Below, in pieces: positions 1 through 9,373 of a stretch of DNA of 64,000 nt (the stretch's first letter is position 1; each line of letters begins with the position of its first letter). The position numbers and the translations under genes were made by a program. The notes under the pieces are model-generated. The model ran no database searches, was not told the DNA's origin, and was given only the letters and a program-made list of their open reading frames with translations. The stretch is from an uncultured delta proteobacterium (GTDB taxonomy: Bacteria > Myxococcota_A > Polyangia > Fen-1088): assembly GCA_963767925.1 (NCBI GenBank), contig CAVYGB010000008.1:1440001-1504000 (forward strand), read 5' to 3'.

Positions 1-636
1 GGTGAGCGCCTCCGCGCGCTGCCGCCAGAACGGTACGAGCTCGGCCCAGCGCCCCTGCCGCTCGAGCAGCCGCTCGAGCGAGGAGGCCACCTGGATGTCC
101 GAGGGGCGGAGCTGGAAGAGCTGGTCGAGGTAACCGATCGCGCGGGCCTGGTCCGCGACGAAGTCCTTGGCGATGTGGGCCGCCTCGGCCAGCAGCTCCC
201 GGCGCCGCCCCAGATCTTTGGTGGCCGCCAGGCGGGCGTCGTGGGCGTCGAGCAGCGCGGGCCACCGCTCGGTCATGGTCAAGGCGACGCTCAGGTGCTC
301 GAAGGCCCAGTCCGCGCCCGGCTGGACCTTCATCACGTGGCCCAGCAGATCGATGACCGGATCGGTGTTATCGCCGAAGCAATCCGCGGCGAAGCGCACC
401 ATCCGCCGAGCGAGCTGCGCCCGGATCGGCTCGGGCAGCTCCCCCTCGAGCTGCGAACGGTAGAGCCCTATCAGCTGCTGGCGCGCCCGGTCGGACCCCG
501 CCGCGTCCTCGAGGTTCTCCCAGACCGCCTCGTCGCCCGGCTTCGCGGTGCCTTCGCGCATCGCATCGGCAAAGAGATCCGCAGGAAAATCAGCATCCTG
601 CTCGCGCGACGATTCACCCCTGGACTTACGTTTCAC
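1..636 (-). CDS. Large helical/TPR-repeat protein, N-terminal part only (runs off the left edge)
   Basis: My translation of the minus strand is open from GTG at 636 (after AGGGGG) to base 1: MKRKSRGESSREQDADFPADLFADAMREGTAKPGDEAVWENLED...WAFEHLSVALTMTERWPALLDAHDARL...LERLLEQQGRWAEL. This is a helical repeat pattern typical of myxobacterial TPR proteins. It is absent from the ORF track because it is truncated. Confidence 0.7.
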   Translation of the reverse strand, partial: MKRKSRGESSREQDADFPADLFADAMREGTAKPGDEAVWENLEDAAGSDRARQQLIGLYRSQLEGELPEPIRAQLARRMVRFAADCFGDNTDPVIDLLGHVMKVQPGADWAFEHLSVALTMTERWPALLDAHDARLAATKDLGRRRELLAEAAHIAKDFVADQARAIGYLDQLFQLRPSDIQVASSLERLLERQGRWAELVPFWRQRAEALT

Positions 637-784
637 CACCACATCCCCCTACGGTCGACCTTGTCCAGGAATCGACCGATGGGGGCGAAGGTTGAGGGGA
701 CCGGGCCGGTGTGTCGAGGGCCACCCTTGCCGGCACGGATCGCAGGACCCATAGGAACGAGACAACGCAATCCGGCTGAAGATC

Positions 785-1182
785 ATGAACCACTGGGGGC
801 TCGGAATCGAACTCCCGCGAGGTCCTCGTCGTCGACGACGACTGGGACGTACAGGACGCCCTCAGCGAGACGCTGCAGGACGCTGGTTTCAAGGTCCGCT
901 GTGCGACGAACGGGGTCGAGGCCCTCGACTACCTTCGGGAGAATCCCGCGCCAGACGCGATCTTGCTCGACCTGTTCATGCCGGTGATGAATGGCTGGGA
1001 CACGTCTCGCGCCCTGCAGGGCGCGCGGGAGCTCGAGCACCATCCCGGTCATCGTCATCACCGCGAGTGAGCCCTACTGGGGCTATCCCCCGGGGCACGT
1101 CCTGCGCAAGCCGATCGACCGGGACAAGCTGATCAGCGCGGTCCGGAAGGTCATCGAAGACCGTCCCGACTTGCCCTCCTGA
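785..1182 (+). CDS. Single-domain CheY-like response regulator, broken by two apparent single-base insertions (~788 and ~1035)
   Basis: Joined frames give MTTGGSESNSREVLVVDDDWDVQDALSETLQDAGFKVRCATNGVEALDYLRENPAPDAILLDLFMPVMNGWD...STIPVIVITA...VLRKPIDRDKL. All receiver motifs are present (acidic DD pocket, phospho-Asp in LLDLFMP, T, KP). Confidence 0.8.
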
Positions 1183-1195
1183 GCGGGCAAGCCCG

Positions 1196-2095
1196 TCAGG
1201 CGGGTTCCGCGACCCCGAGGAGCACGGTCAGCCTCGACAGCGCGTCGCCGGCCCGCCAGGGCAGCCGGGCGCAGGCGAGGGCGTCGGCGCGGGTCGGTCC
1301 CAGGTTGACCAGCCCGATGTTCATGCCCCGCTCCCGGGCCCGCAGCGCGAACCGGTAGCCGGAGTAAACCGTCAGCGAGGAGCCCACCACCAGCAGCGTA
1401 CGGGCCGCGTCGATGAGGGCCCAGGCCGCCTCGACGGTCGAGCGCTCAACGCTCCCGCCGAAGAACACGACGTCGGGCTTGAGCACGCCGCCGCAGGCGA
1501 GGCAGGCCGACACCCGGAAGCTGGCCACCTCGGCGTCGGGCAGATCGGCGTCGCCGTCGGGCGCCAGGGAGGCCGCCCGATCGAGCCAGCCCGGGTTGGA
1601 CCGCAGCAGCCGCTGCTGGAGCGCGGCCCGCGCCTCGAAGCCACCGCAGGCCAGGCAGACCACGTCCGCCAGGGCGCCGTGCAGCTCGACAACCCGCTGG
1701 CTGCCGGCCCGCTGGTGAAGGCGATCGACGTTCTGGGTGATGAGCCCGGTGACGATGCCCGCTCGCTCCAGCGCCGCCAGCGCGCGGTGGGCGGCGTTGG
1801 GCTCCGCCGCGGAGAACCGGGCCCAGCCGAGGGTGGCCCGGGCCCAGTAGCGCTGGCGGACCTCGGGCCGGCGCAAGAAGGCGTCGTGCTGGATGGGTCC
1901 CCGGGGCCGCGCCGGTCGGCCAGCCCCCCGGTAGTCGGGGATCCCGGACTCGGTGCTGCAGCCCGCGCCGGTCAACACGACGACGCTCCCGGGGGCCAGC
2001 AGCCCATGCAGGCGCGCCAGCCCGTCGGAGCTCGCGTCGTCTTCCGGAGCGGCAGCCGGCTGGGCCATCGGCTCCAGCATGCCAGAATCTTCCAC
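1196..2095 (-). CDS. cobB: NAD-dependent protein deacylase, Sir2 family (class II, SIRT4-like)
   Basis: Motifs LTGAGCSTESGIPDYR, ITQNVDRLH, ELHG, CxxC...CxxC zinc site, LKPDVVFFG and VGSSL. The start may be ATG 2080 or 2068. Confidence 0.93.
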   Translation of the reverse strand: MEDSGMLEPMAQPAAAPEDDASSDGLARLHGLLAPGSVVVLTGAGCSTESGIPDYRGAGRPARPRGPIQHDAFLRRPEVRQRYWARATLGWARFSAAEPNAAHRALAALERAGIVTGLITQNVDRLHQRAGSQRVVELHGALADVVCLACGGFEARAALQQRLLRSNPGWLDRAASLAPDGDADLPDAEVASFRVSACLACGGVLKPDVVFFGGSVERSTVEAAWALIDAARTLLVVGSSLTVYSGYRFALRARERGMNIGLVNLGPTRADALACARLPWRAGDALSRLTVLLGVAEPA

Positions 2096-3949
2096 CTAGA
2101 AAGCGGCCTGCACGTCGGTGACCGGATCCTTGAGGTAGATCTTCTGGCGCCAGGGTTTCTGTCCGGGCAAGCGGGCTTCGACGCGCACCGTCTCGAACCG
2201 CGAGACAGTGACGGTCCGCGGACCGCGGCCGACCCGGTTGCCGTTCACCTTGAACATGGCGCCAGCCGGAGCGGACGAGAGCTGGAGCTGAGCGACGGGC
2301 CGGGAGAGACGGGCCGACACCGACACCGGGGCGTCGGGACCCGCCTCCAGAGCGACCGTGGCGGGGAGGTAGCGGGGATGGGTGAGCGTCACGCTGGCGG
2401 CGCCGCAGGGGACCGCGGTGCGCGCCAGCGGCGTGCGACCGAGGGTGATCCGGCCGAGCGTCACGATCGCTCCTCTGGGCTGCGACTCTATGCGCGCCCG
2501 GCAGTTGCGCGGTCCTTGCGCCACCGGAGCGCTGGGGGCCGCCTCCGACTCGGCCGGGCGGGGCCGCTCCGCGGGCGCGGCCCGGGCGGCCGGCGCGGCC
2601 GGCGGGCCTGGATCCGCTGCGGGTATCGGCTCGGCGACCGGAATCGGTGGCGCGGGCTGGGCGGGCGGCGCGGGCGCCGCCAGCGAGGTGTTCACGGCGA
2701 CCTGGGTGTGGGAGGGCCGGTTGATCCGCATCCAGGCCACGAAGGCGACGAGCAGGCCCACGCCGGCGGCCAGGGCCAGGGGCGCCACCCGCCGGCGGCG
2801 CGCGGGTCGCACCTCCTCGGACGCGACCGGCGCTCGATCGGCGGTGGCGGCGTGGCGGGAGGAGGCGCGCGGGACCACGCCCTGCGAGGCCGACTCACGG
2901 GCGAAGCTGGCCGGCGGCGGGTCGGGCAGGGGCGGGGGAGCCGGGGCCCGCGCGAAGGCCAGGGTCTGCGCGTTGCCCACGTCCTGGTCCCAGGACAGCG
3001 CCGCTTGCGGTCCCGACGGTGGTCCCGCCGGCGCGATCGGCTCGTAGAGGTGAGGAGCCGGTGGGAGATCGGGGTTCTCGAGCGGCTCGGGGACCCGGGC
3101 CAGCGCCAGCCCCTGCCCCGACTGGTAGCGGGCGCGCATCTCCGCCTCGGCTGCGTGCACCATCACGTCGGCGCGTACATCCTCGCGCGTGTCCTCGAGC
3201 GGCTCGGACGCGCTGAAGGCCGGATCGTCGAACTCCATCGGATCGGGCGCCCGCACGACCGCGACCGGAATGGTGGGCATCATCGGACCTGGATCCAACG
3301 GCTCGACCGGCCTGTCGTCGAAGGGAACCCGCAGGCTGGGCCGCGGTCCGGCGGGGGTCGTCGATCGGGAGGGCGGGACCGGGACCAGCGGGGGCCTCGG
3401 CAGCGGGTCGATCGGTGGCTCGCGGACAGGAACGCCGTCGAACGGCCGGGAGACCGGCTTGCTGGGCGCAATGCCGTTGATGGTCTTCGTCATGCGGGCC
3501 GGCTCGCCCGGCGCCGCTCCGGCACCTCCCACCCCGGCGCCACCTACCCCGGCGGCGAGGGCTCGCCGGCGGCGCGCGGCCAGCTCGTCGCGGAGCGCGC
3601 GGCTGGGCTCGTCGATGTCCTTGATCGTGAACCGCACCCCGCTCTTGCCGAGCGGCCCGGTCGGTCCCGTCAGGAGCTCGGTGGCCTCACCAATGCCAGC
3701 GAGCACCACCGTGCCATCGGCCAGCGCCACCTGGAAGCGAACGAGCTGTCCCAGCTCGAACGCCAGCTTGGTCGGGATGAACAGCGTGTTCTCCTCGACG
3801 AAGGGCGCAAATGACCGAAGAAAGTCCTCGCGAGAGACGCACTTGGTGGCGACGTTGCAGATGCGAGGTGGCCGCTCCAGCTTCGTGCCCGGGGTCGGAC
3901 GGCCAGGCTGGCCACCGGGCGGGGGAGATGTGGGTGTCGAAGACAACAC
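2096..3949 (-). CDS. Bitopic membrane protein: PilZ-like (TIGR02266-type) N-domain, Pro-rich linker, TM helix, C-terminal PEGA-like domains
   Basis: N-terminal LFIPTKLAFELGQLVRFQVALADG...GVRF; TM segment LALAAGVGLLVAFVAWM after RRRR; PEGA-type motifs ESQPRGAIV...LGRTPL and SSAPAGAMFKVNG. Confidence 0.7.
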   Translation of the reverse strand: MLSSTPTSPPPGGQPGRPTPGTKLERPPRICNVATKCVSREDFLRSFAPFVEENTLFIPTKLAFELGQLVRFQVALADGTVVLAGIGEATELLTGPTGPLGKSGVRFTIKDIDEPSRALRDELAARRRRALAAGVGGAGVGGAGAAPGEPARMTKTINGIAPSKPVSRPFDGVPVREPPIDPLPRPPLVPVPPSRSTTPAGPRPSLRVPFDDRPVEPLDPGPMMPTIPVAVVRAPDPMEFDDPAFSASEPLEDTREDVRADVMVHAAEAEMRARYQSGQGLALARVPEPLENPDLPPAPHLYEPIAPAGPPSGPQAALSWDQDVGNAQTLAFARAPAPPPLPDPPPASFARESASQGVVPRASSRHAATADRAPVASEEVRPARRRRVAPLALAAGVGLLVAFVAWMRINRPSHTQVAVNTSLAAPAPPAQPAPPIPVAEPIPAADPGPPAAPAARAAPAERPRPAESEAAPSAPVAQGPRNCRARIESQPRGAIVTLGRITLGRTPLARTAVPCGAASVTLTHPRYLPATVALEAGPDAPVSVSARLSRPVAQLQLSSAPAGAMFKVNGNRVGRGPRTVTVSRFETVRVEARLPGQKPWRQKIYLKDPVTDVQAAF

Positions 3950-4016
3950 CCCTTCATCGGCGGGGTCCCTCAGGTCATTTAGGCGGTTTTTTTCGACCCG
4001 AGGCTGGCGCGCGCGG

Positions 4017-4412
4017 TCAGCCCACCTCGCGCAGGAGACGGGTCAACGCGGTGGCCAGCGCGGGGGAGTACTGGATGCCACCACTGGCCAGCAGGTACGC
4101 GAACCGGATCAGGCGCGCGACGCTCTTCAAGCCCTGCCGCCGGCGGTCGGCGACGCGGGCGCCGGCATGGTCGAGCGCGACCAGCCAGCAGTACCCGCGC
4201 GCAGAGGCCCGCACCAGTCGGATGGCCGCCGCGCGATCGAGCCGGACGCCGGGCACGTCGGTCCGGGCGAGCGCCGCCGCACCGGAGCCGAGGAGGGGGC
4301 AATGTCCCCGGCGCAACCCCCGCCGCCCCGAGACGGTCCGCGACGGCCAGCGCCGCCGCTCGCAAGGCAAACCGCTCGGCCGGCGCAGCTCCCGACGGAC
4401 CATCCTGGCCAA
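4017..4412 (-). CDS. Hypothetical protein
   Basis: Open frame with GC3-rich codons in its 3' half, lying between same-strand genes. No family recognised and the start is uncertain. Confidence 0.5.
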   Translation of the reverse strand: MARMVRRELRRPSGLPCERRRWPSRTVSGRRGLRRGHCPLLGSGAAALARTDVPGVRLDRAAAIRLVRASARGYCWLVALDHAGARVADRRRQGLKSVARLIRFAYLLASGGIQYSPALATALTRLLREVG

Positions 4413-4469
4413 ACTCTGGTTCTACCGGGATGTCCCGGCCATCCGGCCGCGACCCGAGTTTGCGCCGAA

Positions 4470-5237
4470 CTATTTCGCAGGCCGGCGGCGGTCCTCACGC
4501 ATCCAGCGCTCACACAGGCGATGCAACCGCGAGGTGGCGGGCAGGCCGGGCTCGTCGGTCTCGCCCAGCTCCGGCACGGCTCCGATCTCGTCAAAGCAGC
4601 GCAGGCCACCCCGTCCCAGGTACATCAGGTGGGTCGCCCAGTCCTGCAGGCCGTCGAGCACGTGGGTGGCGTACACGGTGGTCACCCCTCGATCGGCGCT
4701 CTCCCGGCGCAGGAACCGGAGCAGGTCGGCCCGGGCCAGGATGTCGAGATCGGCGGTCACCTCGTCGAGCAACACCAGCCGCACCGAACGTTCGAGATCG
4801 AGAAGGATCTGGACCCTGCGCCGCTGTCCATCCGACACCTGATGCATGCGCCAGCCCCGGTCCACCTCCAGCACGTCGATGAGGTGGGCGCGCCGGCCGG
4901 GATCGGCCTGGGGTCGACCGGCCAGGATCTCCGCCACCGAGATGTCGGCCACGAAGGGAAAGGCGCCCCCCAGAAAGGCGACCTCGCCGGCCAGCGTGGT
5001 GTCGTGAAACGCCGGCCGCCCGAACACCTCGACCATCGCGGCCGGCAGCAGGAAGCGACCGGCCAGCAGGCGCAAGAGCGTGCTCTTGCCGACTCCGTTG
5101 CCCCCGAGCAGAAGACAGCGGGCACCCGGGGGTATGACCAGAGTCAGACCATCGAACACCGCCGACCCGCTTCCGGGGTAAGCGAAGCGAAGCTGTCGCA
5201 GCTCGACGGCCGGGGGAATGGCGCTCGAGGTTGACAT
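4470..5237 (-). CDS. Soluble ABC ATPase of the CAF16 / plant ABCI19-21 type
   Basis: Start MSTSSAIPPAVEL. Walker A GGNGVGKST, variant signature WRMHQVSDGQRRRVQI, Walker B VLLDEVTADLD, H-loop YATHVLDGL. Confidence 0.88.
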   Translation of the reverse strand: MSTSSAIPPAVELRQLRFAYPGSGSAVFDGLTLVIPPGARCLLLGGNGVGKSTLLRLLAGRFLLPAAMVEVFGRPAFHDTTLAGEVAFLGGAFPFVADISVAEILAGRPQADPGRRAHLIDVLEVDRGWRMHQVSDGQRRRVQILLDLERSVRLVLLDEVTADLDILARADLLRFLRRESADRGVTTVYATHVLDGLQDWATHLMYLGRGGLRCFDEIGAVPELGETDEPGLPATSRLHRLCERWMREDRRRPAK

Positions 5238-5292
5238 GGTTGGCCGCTTCCTAGCGCCCCGGGACCGCGACGTCCACTCCCGCTCGTGATAT

Positions 5293-7137
5293 ATGGGAGC
5301 CGACCGGTCCGGAGCACAGCGCGTGTACAAGTCGTCGCGATCCCTTCGCGTCCCGCTCGCGGCCCTGCTGCTGGCGGGGTGCGTGCACTCGGCCGGACGC
5401 CACCGGATCGACAGCAACCCCGTCGCCTGCCGGAGCCGCGCCGACGCCGGCGCCTTCGCGTTCGAGAAGGTCGCCCCCTGGCGCGACGACGCCACCGCGG
5501 CCTACGCCATCGTACACGACGACCTGTGCAGCCCGGAGCTCCGAGGCATCGACCAGATCGCCGTCCCCGCCCTCGAAGCCCGGGGCCTCACCGCCACCAT
5601 GGGCGCCATCGTCGGCCATTGCGACGAATACAAGCTGTGGGGCCTGGTGCGGGACCTGGAGCGGCGGGGCCACGAGATCGGGAACCACTCGTTCAGCCAC
5701 GTGGTCATCCGGCCGGGCAACGTCGACCGCGAGGTGATCGAGTCCAAGCGCCTCCTCGACGCTCACCTGGCCCGGCCGGTCTCGTTTTTTCTTTTTCCCT
5801 ACGACGATTTCGCTCGGCACACCGTCGAGCTGGTGGAGCGCGCCGGGCATCCCTTCGTGCGGGCGGGCGCCCGGGACGACAACGACGGCCTCGAGAATCC
5901 CCCGGTCAACGGCGCGGAGCCCGGCAACGACCTGGCTCTGGAGTTCGACGCCTGGCCCCGCGCCTTCTCGAAATACGCGCTCTATCCAGAGAAGGACATC
6001 CTCAACGTTCACGTCTGGAACGCCATCGAGCGGCGAGGCTTCGCCATCCGCGAGCTGCACAGCGTGACCCGCCAGGACCGGGCGCCGCCCACCGGAGAGG
6101 GGTTCTTCCCGGTGCCGCTCCCGATCTACGAGGCGCACCTGGATTTCCTGGTCAACGCCTGGAAGGCCAACCAGCTCTGGACCAGCACCACCTCGGCCAT
6201 CGTGCGCTACCGCCGGGCCCGCCAGGCCTGTCCGGCCGCGCTGGCCGGGGCGACCGTCGCCTTCGACCTGTCGAACCCCGATTGCCCCCGGTACGCCACG
6301 CCCCTGAGCGTCGTCGTCCGGACCGAACGCGATGTCCCCGGCCTGGCCGCGCTCCAGGCCGGCCGCCCGGTCTTCACCCGCAAGCTCGGCCCCGGCCGGT
6401 TCAGCGTCACCGCCGATCCGACCGCCGGCCAGGTGGACCTGGCGGGGTGCACGACCGCCTCGGTTGGCGTCGATCCCAGCGTGGCCCTCCCCAGGAAGCC
6501 CGCCCCGGCAACCTCGGTGTGTGTGCTGGAGAGTGTCCGGGGCCCCGGCGGCCGCGCCTCGCTGATGGACGACTTCGAGCGGGGGCCCGAGCTGCTGCAG
6601 CTCCTCCCCAACCCGGGCCAGCGCGACGGCCGCGACGGCACCTGGTCCTGGTACCCGCCCGCCACCGTGGCCGCGACGATCCTCCAGGAGGGGAGCAACC
6701 GGCTGTTGCGGTACGCGGCCCAGGGCCTGGGCGGGAGCGCCGGGGTGGCCCTGGCCTTCCTGGGCGGCAGCGGAGCGGGGAGCTGCTACGACGCGACCGC
6801 CTACCGGGGCCTGCGCTTCCGGATTCGCGGCAGCGCCAGCTCGGACAGCCCCGCCGCCGCCGGCAAGGTCATCGTCAGCCTGGTCACGGCCGAGACGCAG
6901 AGCCTGCGCTACGGGGGTGACCTGCGGGGCAGCGGCGGCCACTTCCACGCCGAGGTGCCCGTGAGCCGCGAGTGGCGTCAGGTGTCCCTGACCTGGGAAC
7001 GCTTTCGCCCGCCGACCTGGGGCGATACCGCCGCCATGACCCGGCTCGCCCTCGGCAAGCTGCAGGCCATCGACTGGGGCATCTCGCGGGAGGTGTCGAC
7101 CTTCCAGATCGACCTCGACGACATCGAGCTCTTCTAG
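5293..7137 (+). CDS. Lipoprotein: polysaccharide deacetylase (NodB-like) with a C-terminal CBM11/CIA30-like beta-sandwich
   Basis: Lipobox LLLAGC; NodB motifs IVHDD and HEIGNHSFSH; C-terminal MDDFE...YDATAYRGLRFRIRG...WRQVSLTW...IDLDDIELF. Confidence 0.8.
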   Translation: MGADRSGAQRVYKSSRSLRVPLAALLLAGCVHSAGRHRIDSNPVACRSRADAGAFAFEKVAPWRDDATAAYAIVHDDLCSPELRGIDQIAVPALEARGLTATMGAIVGHCDEYKLWGLVRDLERRGHEIGNHSFSHVVIRPGNVDREVIESKRLLDAHLARPVSFFLFPYDDFARHTVELVERAGHPFVRAGARDDNDGLENPPVNGAEPGNDLALEFDAWPRAFSKYALYPEKDILNVHVWNAIERRGFAIRELHSVTRQDRAPPTGEGFFPVPLPIYEAHLDFLVNAWKANQLWTSTTSAIVRYRRARQACPAALAGATVAFDLSNPDCPRYATPLSVVVRTERDVPGLAALQAGRPVFTRKLGPGRFSVTADPTAGQVDLAGCTTASVGVDPSVALPRKPAPATSVCVLESVRGPGGRASLMDDFERGPELLQLLPNPGQRDGRDGTWSWYPPATVAATILQEGSNRLLRYAAQGLGGSAGVALAFLGGSGAGSCYDATAYRGLRFRIRGSASSDSPAAAGKVIVSLVTAETQSLRYGGDLRGSGGHFHAEVPVSREWRQVSLTWERFRPPTWGDTAAMTRLALGKLQAIDWGISREVSTFQIDLDDIELF

Positions 7138-7170
7138 CGAAGCGCCTCGCGCCCTGTCCTGCGTGCTGGC

Positions 7171-7995
7171 TCAGTCGCCGACCGTCTCGCCCCCGGTGAC
7201 CTCCATGAACACCTCCTCGAGCGGCCGCCGCCCCGAGGAGGTGAGCTCGGCCATGCCCCCCTCGGCCAGCACCCGTCCGCGGTGGACGATGGCCAGCCGA
7301 TCGCACATCCGCTCGATCTCCCCCAGGAGGTGGCTCGATACGAACACCGCCAGGCCCCGTTCGTCGGCCAGGCGGCGCAGCAACTCGCGCAGCTCCCGGA
7401 TGCCGGCGGGGTCCAGGCCGTTGGCCGGCTCGTCGAGGACCAGCACGGTGGGATCGCTGAGGAGGGCCTGCACGATCCCCAGGCGCTGCCGCATGCCCAG
7501 CGAATAGGTGGCGACCTTGTCGTTGAGGCGTTCACGCACCCGCAACATGTCGGCCAGGGCATCGATGCGGCTGGACGCCTGCTCGTCGATCATGCGGGCG
7601 AAGTGCTCGAGGTTCTCCCGGCCGGTCAGGTAATCGTAGAAGTCCGGCGACTCCACGATGCAACCGAGGCGGCGCAACGCCGCCTCGCGCTCGCGCAGGA
7701 GGTCGTAGCCTCCGACCACCACCCGCCCGGCGGTCGGGCGAATCAGGCCGACGAGCATGCGGATGGTTGTCGTCTTGCCCGCCCCGTTGGGACCGAGGAA
7801 CCCGAAGACCTCCCCCTTCCTCAAGGTGAAGGAGGCGTCCACCACCGCCTGGCGCGTGCCGTATTGCTTGGCCAGCTGCTCAGCGCGGAGGGCCACCTCC
7901 TCCTCCGCCACCACCGGGGAGGATCGGGCTCCGGCCGGAAGCGCGGTGAGGTGCGACGGCACGGGCGATTCGGACTCGGCGTCACCGGGGGGCAT
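7171..7995 (-). CDS. ABC transporter ATP-binding protein (exporter type)
   Basis: GPNGAGKTT, YSLGMRQRLG, LVLDEPANGLDP, SSH. Confidence 0.92.
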   Translation of the reverse strand: MPPGDAESESPVPSHLTALPAGARSSPVVAEEEVALRAEQLAKQYGTRQAVVDASFTLRKGEVFGFLGPNGAGKTTTIRMLVGLIRPTAGRVVVGGYDLLREREAALRRLGCIVESPDFYDYLTGRENLEHFARMIDEQASSRIDALADMLRVRERLNDKVATYSLGMRQRLGIVQALLSDPTVLVLDEPANGLDPAGIRELRELLRRLADERGLAVFVSSHLLGEIERMCDRLAIVHRGRVLAEGGMAELTSSGRRPLEEVFMEVTGGETVGD

Positions 7996-8044
7996 CGTCC
8001 GGGCAGGCTACCTCACCGGTCCGCGCGGCGCCCGTCCCGGCGAG

Positions 8045-9067
8045 CTACTCGCTCAGCCGGTGGATGCCGTCCAGGACGTGCCAGGTCGCGATGACCGTGA
8101 GGTCGACGAGCTTCTCGGCCCGCCTCGTCTCGGTGACGACGAGGTTCTCGGAGGTGCAGACCGCCTCGAGCTGGCGGAGAAACCGTTTGATGACCCTCCG
8201 GTCGGAGGAGTGGATCCAGCCGCCCAGGCGATCGACGAGCAGCCGCTGGTGCTGCTGGATGAAGCGGGCGGCCGACTGGGCATCACCCCGGTTGCCGTTG
8301 CGCGCGGAGGCGGGGCGCTTGGGGAAGATGTCCAGCAGGTCCTTGCGGTATTCCGCCAGATCGGTGTCGACGACCTCGGCGATCTTGAAGTATTCGGCCA
8401 CCGTCTCCTTGATGTCGGTGTAGGGGATGCGGATGCCCCGCCGCGTGTTGGGGGGCGTTCCCCGGCAGCACCCTTCCACCTCGATCAGGCGATCGACGTA
8501 CTCCAGCTTGGCCTGCGCGACCTGCCAGTCCCGGTAACGCCGCCGCCAGCGGGAGGTCGGGTCGAGCCAGACCGCGAAGGTCTCGGCGAAGTCCTCGTCC
8601 GGATGTTTCTGGGCGTAGTGGTACATGCCCGTGCGGTGGAGGTACCGCACGTAGTCGCGGCTCCAGGGATTCGGGTTGTACACGTTGCGGTAGGGCCGGC
8701 GAAAGTCACCGAAGGTGGCCGTCCAGTCCCGCCGCCGCCACAGCTCGTAGGCGTAGTTGAGCGCGTGGCCGGTCTCGTGCCGGAGGTACATCAGCACCTC
8801 GGCGCGCGTGTATCGAAAGAGGTGATCGTTGACCAGCCGCCACAAAACGCCGTTGGCCAGGTACCAGGGGATGTTCACGCTGATCGCGCGGTCGCTGGTC
8901 CAGAAGTCGTCATCGCCGAGATAGAACTCGGGAAAGAAAGTGATTCCGCGAGCCCGGAGCTCTTCGTGGAGCTGCTCGATGCATTCGCTGAGCACCCCGG
9001 TCGGCTCGAGGTTCAGATCGGAGATGGGGGTCGACAGCATCTTCTGCAGCTCGACCTCTCGAATCAC
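8045..9067 (-). CDS. Putative zinc-binding metallopeptidase (zincin-like)
   Basis: HExxH motif YLRHETGHALNYAY plus downstream YAQKHPDEDFAETFAVW. The ORF track extends to 9130; GTG 9067 is my preferred start. Confidence 0.82.
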   Translation of the reverse strand: MIREVELQKMLSTPISDLNLEPTGVLSECIEQLHEELRARGITFFPEFYLGDDDFWTSDRAISVNIPWYLANGVLWRLVNDHLFRYTRAEVLMYLRHETGHALNYAYELWRRRDWTATFGDFRRPYRNVYNPNPWSRDYVRYLHRTGMYHYAQKHPDEDFAETFAVWLDPTSRWRRRYRDWQVAQAKLEYVDRLIEVEGCCRGTPPNTRRGIRIPYTDIKETVAEYFKIAEVVDTDLAEYRKDLLDIFPKRPASARNGNRGDAQSAARFIQQHQRLLVDRLGGWIHSSDRRVIKRFLRQLEAVCTSENLVVTETRRAEKLVDLTVIATWHVLDGIHRLSE

Positions 9068-9373
9068 GGCCCGGTCGTGCCCTGTGCGGGCCAAACCTCG
9101 CCGGGTCCGGAGTGCAGGCAGTGCGGCCATCGTCCGATACGTTTACCATGAGCCCGGGGCCGGTTCCGCTGAACTCGGAGCCGAAATTGAACCCACCGTG
9201 TCCGGGCGTGTCATGAAAATCAATAGGAGTCTCATGTGGTTACACGTCTCATCGACGCCCCGTGGGACCGCCGACGTGGGCCTGCAAGCCAGAACCGTGC
9301 CGACGTCTCGCACCTGGTATGGGAGGGGCCCCGACCCCCTCCGATGAGCCCACATGGACCCTCACGAGTCGAT

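Noticed and set aside
785..1182. Response regulator pseudogene
   Set aside because: Two single-base insertions with an intact receiver sequence match the error pattern seen elsewhere, so I kept it as a probable intact gene.
9163..9174. GTTC-N4-GAAC as an additional LexA box
   Set aside because: The half-sites are inverted relative to the boxes upstream of lexA, and the flanking genes are not SOS-type.
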